Source: an uncultured Candidatus Saccharibacteria bacterium
Lineage (GTDB): Bacteria; Patescibacteriota; Minisyncoccia; Phycocordibacterales; VMEP01
Reading direction: 5' to 3'
NCBI GenBank assembly: GCA_964579635.1
Contig: CAZOFV010000002.1
Span: 1,371 to 65,370, forward strand
Length of the DNA stretch: 64,000 nucleotides
Part shown: positions 58,419-64,000 of the stretch, in pieces
How positions within the stretch are numbered: the first letter of the stretch is position 1
How the letters are laid out: the number at the start of each line of letters is the position of its first letter
The notes under the pieces: generated by a model
Told to the model about the DNA's origin: nothing
What the model saw: the letters and a program-made list of their open reading frames with translations, nothing else
Database searches by the model: none
Program-made: the position numbers and the translations under genes

Positions 58419-59432
58419 CTACGACTTTAATCTACGAGCTAAAAATAAGACGTCGCTGACGGCTTTTTTAATTGAGGAGACTCCCATTTCGTAATGCTCT
58501 ATAAGCTCTTCTGGTTTTCCAGATTGTCCAAATAAATCTTTAACACCAACAAATTTTATTGGAGTTGGAAATTCTGCAGATAAAAACTCAGAAACAGTAC
58601 CACCCATCCCACCGGCAATCTGATGCTCTTCTACGGTTACAATCGCGCGATACTTTCGGGCAAATGAAAGGACGGCTTCTTTATCAAGTGGTTTTATTGT
58701 CGCAAGATTCATAACACCAACCGAAATTCCTTCGGCCTCAAGTAGGCGCGCAGAAATGAGAGCTTTATGAACAAGACCTCCACAAGCAATAATCCCAACT
58801 TTCTTATCATAAGAATTTTCGGTTTCGTAAAAAATTTGAGCTTTACCAATCTCAAACGGGGTATCTTCGGTTGTGACTATTGGAGTTTTTTCTCTTGCAA
58901 GACGTATATAAACTGGACCATCAAACTTTGCCGAAGCGATTGTCGCTTTTTTTGCTTCAATAGAATCACATGGCACAATCACCGTCATTCTTGGAATAAC
59001 GCGTGTTAAAGCTATGTCTTCAACTGCTTGATGTGTTCCACCGTCTGGCCCAACTGAAACTCCAGCATGAGAACCAACTATCTTTGCATTAACGTTGTTG
59101 TAGCAAATTGTCGTGCGAATCTGCTCCCAATTTCTTCCAGGAGAAAACATTGCGTATGATGTAAAAAATGGAATCTTCCCCATCACGGCCATCCCCGAAG
59201 CGACCGCCGCCAAATTTTGTTCAGCAACCCCCATTTCTATAAATCGAGATGGAAATCTTTCTTTAAAAAAGTGCATCTGGGTTGATTCTGTGAGATCGGC
59301 ACACAAACCAACAACCCTATCATCCTGTGTTCCAGCGATGAGTAACCCTTCCCCAAAACCCTTACGAATAGGAGCTTGTTCAACATCCTCATCGAAAAGT
59401 TTTTGATTTAATTTTAAGTTTGAATTAAGCAT
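58419..59432 (-). CDS. Transketolase C-terminal subunit
   Basis: GVAEQN, GPDGGTHQ, VTVEEH. Confidence 0.93.
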   Translation of the reverse strand: MLNSNLKLNQKLFDEDVEQAPIRKGFGEGLLIAGTQDDRVVGLCADLTESTQMHFFKERFPSRFIEMGVAEQNLAAVASGMAVMGKIPFFTSYAMFSPGRNWEQIRTTICYNNVNAKIVGSHAGVSVGPDGGTHQAVEDIALTRVIPRMTVIVPCDSIEAKKATIASAKFDGPVYIRLAREKTPIVTTEDTPFEIGKAQIFYETENSYDKKVGIIACGGLVHKALISARLLEAEGISVGVMNLATIKPLDKEAVLSFARKYRAIVTVEEHQIAGGMGGTVSEFLSAEFPTPIKFVGVKDLFGQSGKPEELIEHYEMGVSSIKKAVSDVLFLARRLKS

Positions 59433-59442
59433 GCCGATTAAT

Positions 59443-59598
59443 TTATTTATTTTCCCAAAAATAAAAATATATAAAAATAAAAATTGATGGAATAACTGAA
59501 CTTATCACCATACTCATACTTTGATTAGAAAACTGTGTTTGTATGTATACAACAAAAACTATAGTGGCAGTAAAAACAATTGGAATCATGTATTTCAT
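59443..59598 (-). CDS. Small two-TM hypothetical protein between the transketolase halves
   Basis: Two hydrophobic segments; fills the gap; very AT-rich. Confidence 0.5.
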   Translation of the reverse strand: MKYMIPIVFTATIVFVVYIQTQFSNQSMSMVISSVIPSIFIFIYFYFWENK

Positions 59599-59614
59599 GT
59601 TATTTTTATTATTT

Positions 59615-60478
59615 TTAATTTGCTTCATTTTCTATTTTCCCGTGCAAGGTTCGAAGCTCTTTCAGCGCCTTCAACCCCTGCTCTTTGTTAGGTGGTACAC
59701 CGTGCCAACGAAAGTCTCTTTCAAAATCAAAAACACCTTTTCCTGGAATTGTATGCGCGATAATAACAGATGGTTTTTCAAAAATCGCACGAGCTTGTTC
59801 CACTGCTTCAATAATCCCCTGGAAACTATGCCCATCAATTTCTTGCACATGCCAACCAAATGATTCCCATTTTTCATGTAGTGGCTCAAGTGGCATTATG
59901 TCCTCGGTAAATCCGTCTATTTGTATATTATTCCTATCGACAATTGCAATAACATTTCGTAGTTTTTCTTTTCCAGCAAGCATCATCGCTTCCCAATTTT
60001 CTCCAGCGTCTAACTCTCCATCGCCCAAAAAACAATAAAAGAAATGTGGTGTAGAACGGCCGTGGTCAATTCTATCTGCAAGCGCCATTCCAACTGCTTG
60101 TGAAAGGCCAGAACCCAAGGGACCCGACGATGTTTCTACAAATGGAAGCCATTCACGGTGCGGATGACCTTGTAATCTTGAACCAAATTTACGTAACGTT
60201 TTTAATTCTTCCATAGGAAAGTAACCAGCGTGCGCGAGGGTCGCATAAAGTATCGGACAAATATGGCCATTGGAAAGTATTAATCTATCGCGTTCATCCC
60301 AATCTGGTCTTTTGGGGTCATGACGCAAAAAACGAAAGTACGCAGCGGTAAAAATATCAGCCATACCTAAAGGTCCCGCTGTGTGACCAGAACCAGCCTC
60401 CATGAGCATATCAATAATAGACTGACGAATTTCATTCGCCTTAAGTTCTAAAAATTTTATTTCTTTGTCAGATAGCAT
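59615..60478 (-). CDS. Transketolase N-terminal subunit
   Basis: SGH, LSNGH, LQGHP, GDGE...N ThDP motif. Confidence 0.94.
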   Translation of the reverse strand: MLSDKEIKFLELKANEIRQSIIDMLMEAGSGHTAGPLGMADIFTAAYFRFLRHDPKRPDWDERDRLILSNGHICPILYATLAHAGYFPMEELKTLRKFGSRLQGHPHREWLPFVETSSGPLGSGLSQAVGMALADRIDHGRSTPHFFYCFLGDGELDAGENWEAMMLAGKEKLRNVIAIVDRNNIQIDGFTEDIMPLEPLHEKWESFGWHVQEIDGHSFQGIIEAVEQARAIFEKPSVIIAHTIPGKGVFDFERDFRWHGVPPNKEQGLKALKELRTLHGKIENEAN

Positions 60479-61160
60479 TGTTTGCTGTGTTATAAAGATC
60501 CCCTATCGCGCCGTGAGTATTTTCATTTTTGAATATTGCCGAACCTGCAACCAAACGATCCACTCCTGCTTTTACAATTTCTGTAACATTATTCATTCCT
60601 ACTCCACCATCAATACTTATTATAACATCAGGAAATTTTTTTCTGAATGAGGATATCTTTTCAACTACTCTTTTATCAAACGGCTCACCTTGAAGCCCAA
60701 TAGTTGCGATACCCATAAACTGCACAAAATCTATATCGGAAATAAACTCTTCAAGTGTTCCGCTCTCCGTATCGATGTTTATAGCCAGTCCAACCTCTAA
60801 ATCTTTTTCCCGAGCAAGTTTTATTGCTTCCCCAATTTTATCAGTGCTTTCAATATGAAAAATAATTCTTGAAGCGCCAAGCATTACAAAGCGATCAATT
60901 TCTTTCTCCGGATTTTTAATCATCAAATCAAACTCATAATCAATATCTTCCCAATGTGGCAACCCCTCAAACTCAAATTCAAACGCTTTTGCATCAAAAG
61001 AAATATATGGCCATGTTTTACCGCGCACAAAAACTCCGTCCATCACATCTATCTGCACCCAAGGAGCAGAGCCAACAACTCGCGAGATGTGTTCTTCTAA
61101 ATCATTTAAACTGCGGGGCATTACTGCCGGGATAATTTCTATATTAGATTGATTAGACAT
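60468..61160 (-). CDS. rpe: Ribulose-phosphate 3-epimerase (divergent)
   Basis: DVMDGVF, IDGGV, VAGSAIF; pentose phosphate cluster context. Confidence 0.85.
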   Translation of the reverse strand: MSNQSNIEIIPAVMPRSLNDLEEHISRVVGSAPWVQIDVMDGVFVRGKTWPYISFDAKAFEFEFEGLPHWEDIDYEFDLMIKNPEKEIDRFVMLGASRIIFHIESTDKIGEAIKLAREKDLEVGLAINIDTESGTLEEFISDIDFVQFMGIATIGLQGEPFDKRVVEKISSFRKKFPDVIISIDGGVGMNNVTEIVKAGVDRLVAGSAIFKNENTHGAIGDLYNTANNAI

Positions 61161-61176
61161 AATTTACTAATACCTA

Positions 61177-61629
61177 CTAGTCTACTAATTTATCTATCTT
61201 CGCAATCCTCCTACTATGCCTTTCTTCTTTTGAAAATTCGGTCTCAAGCCACATTTTAACAGCCTGTTTTGCTTCCTCTTCGCCAACAAAACGCGCTCCA
61301 ATTGAAAGAATATTCGCGTCATTATGCTCACGAGAAAGGCGCACGATTGTCCCCGCTCCACCATAATAAACAACAGCGCGCACACCTTTAAAACGGTTTG
61401 CAACGATTGCTTCACCCTGACCAGAACCACCAATAACTATTCCTTTAACTTCCCCACCTCCGTCTGCAACTTCTTTAGCAACTTCTGAAACATGGTCTGG
61501 ATAATCATCTTCTGGGTCAAAAGAGAAAGGTCCTTCATCTGTCACCTCATATCCAAGGTCAATCAAAAACTGAAAAAGTTTTTCTTTTAAGTCGTATCCT
61601 GCGTGATCACTTCCGAGATAAATTTTCAT
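61177..61629 (-). CDS. rpiB: RpiB/LacA/LacB sugar-phosphate isomerase
   Basis: GSDHAG, DYPD, REHNDAN, RHSRR. Confidence 0.92.
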   Translation of the reverse strand: MKIYLGSDHAGYDLKEKLFQFLIDLGYEVTDEGPFSFDPEDDYPDHVSEVAKEVADGGGEVKGIVIGGSGQGEAIVANRFKGVRAVVYYGGAGTIVRLSREHNDANILSIGARFVGEEEAKQAVKMWLETEFSKEERHSRRIAKIDKLVD

Positions 61630-61632
61630 AGT

Positions 61633-62673
61633 TTAAACAAAAGAAGCCGCTTTAATTACATGTTCAATAAGTGTTTTTGAATACCCCATTTCATTATCGT
61701 ACCAAACAAGAACCTTTACCAAATTTCCACCAACAACCTTCGTAAAAGATAAGTCGGCAATTGCCGCGCGAGTATCTCCAATAATATCAGAAGAAACCAA
61801 TGGCTCTTCTGTTACGGCAAAAATTCCTTTCCATCTTAATTCTTGCGTCGCTTTTTTTAACACCTCATTAATTTCTTCAACAGTTGTGTCTCTCTTTGAA
61901 ATAAAAGTAATATCTGCAATAGAACCAGACACCACTGGAACACGGATAGCGACTCCATCAAATTTTCCATCTAAACTCTTAATAGTTTTTGTCACAGCGA
62001 TGGCCGCGCCCGTTGTTGAAGGAATAATATTTTGTGCGCCAGCACGACCACGGCGAAAATCTTTAACATCAGGAGAATCAACAAGACGTTGAGTCGCTGT
62101 GTAAGCGTGTACTGTGTTTAAAATAGCTTTTTCAATCCCAATAGCATCATCCAAAATCTGAATTACTGGACCGCTAGCGTTTGTAGTGCAAGAAGCGTTG
62201 GAGCTAACCTTGCAAATAGAGAGCTCAACTTCGTTTACGCCCATAAGCACTGTTGCTCCGTTTGGTCCATTCTCTTCCCCGTCTTTTGCTGGAGCTGAAA
62301 TAACAACACGCTTTGCTCCAGCATCAATATGCGCTCTCGCCTTATCAAAACCTTCAAAGACTCCAGTTGATTCAACAACAACATCTATATCAAGATTTCT
62401 CCATGGAAGTTTCGCTGGGTCACGCTCTGCTATAAGTAGAATTTCTTTTACGCCAATTTTTAAATATTTTTCACCGCCTTTATCTAAAATCTCAATCGGG
62501 GTACGACCACGACCATAAACAGTGTCATATCGTAGAAGATAAGCTAAGTTTTCTGCGTCACCTAAATCGTTTATCGCGACAATAGTCATGCGCGAATCAT
62601 TAAGCGCCAATTTCAAAAAAGCTCGCCCAATTCTTCCAAAACCATTTATCGCCACGCGTACATTTTTATCCAT
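61633..62673 (-). CDS. gap: Glyceraldehyde-3-phosphate dehydrogenase type I
   Basis: INGFGRIGR, SNASCTTN, WYDNE. Confidence 0.96.
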   Translation of the reverse strand: MDKNVRVAINGFGRIGRAFLKLALNDSRMTIVAINDLGDAENLAYLLRYDTVYGRGRTPIEILDKGGEKYLKIGVKEILLIAERDPAKLPWRNLDIDVVVESTGVFEGFDKARAHIDAGAKRVVISAPAKDGEENGPNGATVLMGVNEVELSICKVSSNASCTTNASGPVIQILDDAIGIEKAILNTVHAYTATQRLVDSPDVKDFRRGRAGAQNIIPSTTGAAIAVTKTIKSLDGKFDGVAIRVPVVSGSIADITFISKRDTTVEEINEVLKKATQELRWKGIFAVTEEPLVSSDIIGDTRAAIADLSFTKVVGGNLVKVLVWYDNEMGYSKTLIEHVIKAASFV

Positions 62674-62744
62674 ATTGTTCAAAGATTAATTTCTCCAATT
62701 GTATCAAAACATAGAACGAAAAAATAGCCCGTAAACCTTAACCT

Positions 62745-62769
62745 CACTTGGAGGTTGAACCTCCAAGTG
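62745..62769. repeat. Palindrome copy 1 (just 3' of the transposase stop)
   Basis: CACTTGGAGGTT-G-AACCTCCAAGTG. Confidence 0.95.
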
Positions 62770-62770
62770 G

Positions 62771-63457
62771 TTATTCTAATAAAAATTTTTCTAAGTCTTT
62801 CATGTCTTCCTTTCTTTTCCTAATCATTTCTAAAGATGACAAGGAGAATTTCTTGTATTCATCAATATTATTATTAAATTGATCTAAAATAATTTTCTTT
62901 TCACAGATACCTTTAGTATTTTTATCTATATACTCTCCCCAACTAGACCTACTTCCCGCCAACTTGGAGGTTAAACCTCCAAGTTGGTGAACTTTGTTAT
63001 TTAAATTAACGTAGGCACTAAGATGAAGAAGGTATTCATTAGTACCTACGTGAACTGATTTAAATCTACCTTGGAATAAAGCACCACTTCGTTTTTCCTT
63101 TTCATTAAAATACATTGTGTATCCTGTCCCCAGTCGATGCATAAATTTTTCAATCCCCTTTTCTGAAGACTGCATAACTATAAAATGAAAATGGTTTGGG
63201 TTAAGGCAAAAAGCTACGAAATCAACTAATTTTTGACTCCCTTTTCTCAACTTGGAGGTTGAACCTCCAAGTTGAGACTTTTTTATAAAAGAATTTTCAT
63301 AGATACTTCCTATTGGCTCAGAAACATTGAATTCAATCATGCTTTGAAAAAAGCGATTCAAATCTTTTTGATCTGAGAAAATGCTTCGTTTATCTATTCC
63401 CCTATTATAAAGATGATAATATTCACCAGTTACGAACGGAGTTTTTCTATTTGTCAT
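62771..63457 (-). CDS. REP-associated tyrosine transposase-like HUH/Y1 protein (RAYT, IS200-fold)
   Basis: YYHLYNRG, FCLNPNHFH (HUH), YTMYFN..RSGALFQGRFK, YVNLN, SSW. Confidence 0.88.
   Translation of the reverse strand: MTNRKTPFVTGEYYHLYNRGIDKRSIFSDQKDLNRFFQSMIEFNVSEPIGSIYENSFIKKSQLGGSTSKLRKGSQKLVDFVAFCLNPNHFHFIVMQSSEKGIEKFMHRLGTGYTMYFNEKEKRSGALFQGRFKSVHVGTNEYLLHLSAYVNLNNKVHQLGGLTSKLAGSRSSWGEYIDKNTKGICEKKIILDQFNNNIDEYKKFSLSSLEMIRKRKEDMKDLEKFLLE
62959..62987. repeat. Palindrome copy 2 (in frame within the transposase)
   Basis: CCAACTTGGAGGTT-A-AACCTCCAAGTTGG; encodes QLGGLTSKL. Confidence 0.95.
63245..63277. repeat. Palindrome copy 3 (in frame within the transposase)
   Basis: TCTCAACTTGGAGGTT-G-AACCTCCAAGTTGAGA; encodes SQLGGSTSKLR. 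Confidence 0.95.
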
Positions 63458-63472
63458 ATATAACTGATTATT

Positions 63473-63505
63473 TTACTACTTGGAGGTTGAACCTCCAAGT
63501 AGTAA
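63473..63505. repeat. Palindrome copy 4 (upstream of the transposase)
   Basis: TTACTACTTGGAGGTT-G-AACCTCCAAGTAGTAA. Confidence 0.95.
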
Positions 63506-63510
63506 TGTGG

Positions 63511-63999
63511 CTAGCGAGCTAAGTTATAAAGCTGTTTAATTTCTGTAGCGGAAAGAGCACGGTTATACAAACGCACATCATCTATTTTCCCATTAAATGT
63601 ATACGTTCCGGGGCTAAGGCCCATTCCTCCAATAGCAGCCGGGTAAGTTGCGGGAGAACCAACACCAAGAGTACTGTTCGCCGAATTACTCAAAAGACCG
63701 TCTACATACACACGTAAAACAGCACCATCATAAGAAAAAGCAACATGTCTCCATTTTATATCTATTCCTTGATAAGCAGAGGTAACATATGCGGCTGTGC
63801 TGTTCCATATACCGCCGGTAACTCTACCGTTAGTATATTGCAAATCTATTCCGTTATATGCGCCACAACAATCTCTCGCACTACTATATATATATCCATA
63901 ACTAACCGTCGTTGTTGCCGGATACAACCAAGCAGAAATAGTAAAATTTGCCGGATTTAATGTAGTACTTGTTCCAAGGGTTACATAGGAACCAGAGCT
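63511..63999 (-). CDS. LamG/concanavalin-like domain protein (5' partial)
   Basis: FTISAW, WRHVAFSYDG..VYVDG, FNGKIDDVRLYNRALS; frame open to the window end. Confidence 0.88.
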   Translation of the reverse strand, partial: SSGSYVTLGTSTTLNPANFTISAWLYPATTTVSYGYIYSSARDCCGAYNGIDLQYTNGRVTGGIWNSTAAYVTSAYQGIDIKWRHVAFSYDGAVLRVYVDGLLSNSANSTLGVGSPATYPAAIGGMGLSPGTYTFNGKIDDVRLYNRALSATEIKQLYNLAR

Positions 64000-64000
64000 T

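Noticed and set aside
62745-63505. Palindrome series as a CRISPR array, or the gene as a complete IS200/IS605 element
   Set aside because: Spacing is long and irregular (about 190-260 bp), two copies lie in an ORF, and there are no cas genes or tnpB; the protein motifs fit the RAYT-like group better.
1-64000. Alternative genetic code (UGA read as Gly, as in Gracilibacteria/Absconditabacteria)
   Set aside because: All core genes translate full-length under the standard code, and TGA ends the 50632-50763 gene at the expected length.

Overview
AT-rich bacterial chromosome segment using the standard genetic code. It is most consistent with a Patescibacteria/CPR (Parcubacteria-like) genome: compact housekeeping genes, many with -10 boxes 6-9 nt from the ATG, and shortened PheS, ThrS, EF-Ts and SMC. 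Core content: DsbA; a split SUF cluster; bcp; rpoB-rpoC-dnaG-rpoD; rpsP-khpA-trmD; rnr; smc; rnhB-rpmF-nusB-rnc; dnaE-thrS; gyrB; pheS-pheT; tRNA-Thr(UGU); rpmE-prfA-rpsB-tsf; rplY; and a gap-rpiB-rpe-tkt-pfkB-fba carbon cluster. Most notable observations: (1) a ~90-nt covarying multi-stem element present three times, each 13-15 bp upstream of the -35 box of a ribosomal-protein gene (rpsP, rpmF, rpmE); (2) a RAYT-like HUH tyrosine transposase gene with four copies of one palindrome, two flanking it and two translated in frame inside it; (3) an NlpC/P60-like domain with an intact-looking Cys-His-His triad inserted in PheT; (4) an ~8-kb region beside tRNA-Thr with an ECF sigma factor, six copies of a putative cognate promoter, a class F sortase and a sortase-anchored DUF3494 ice-binding-like protein; (5) a probable remote DGR target gene; (6) nine stand-alone orphan mini-genes with their own promoter, SD and terminator. 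All calls come from reading the sequence and protein motifs by eye; no database searches were run.
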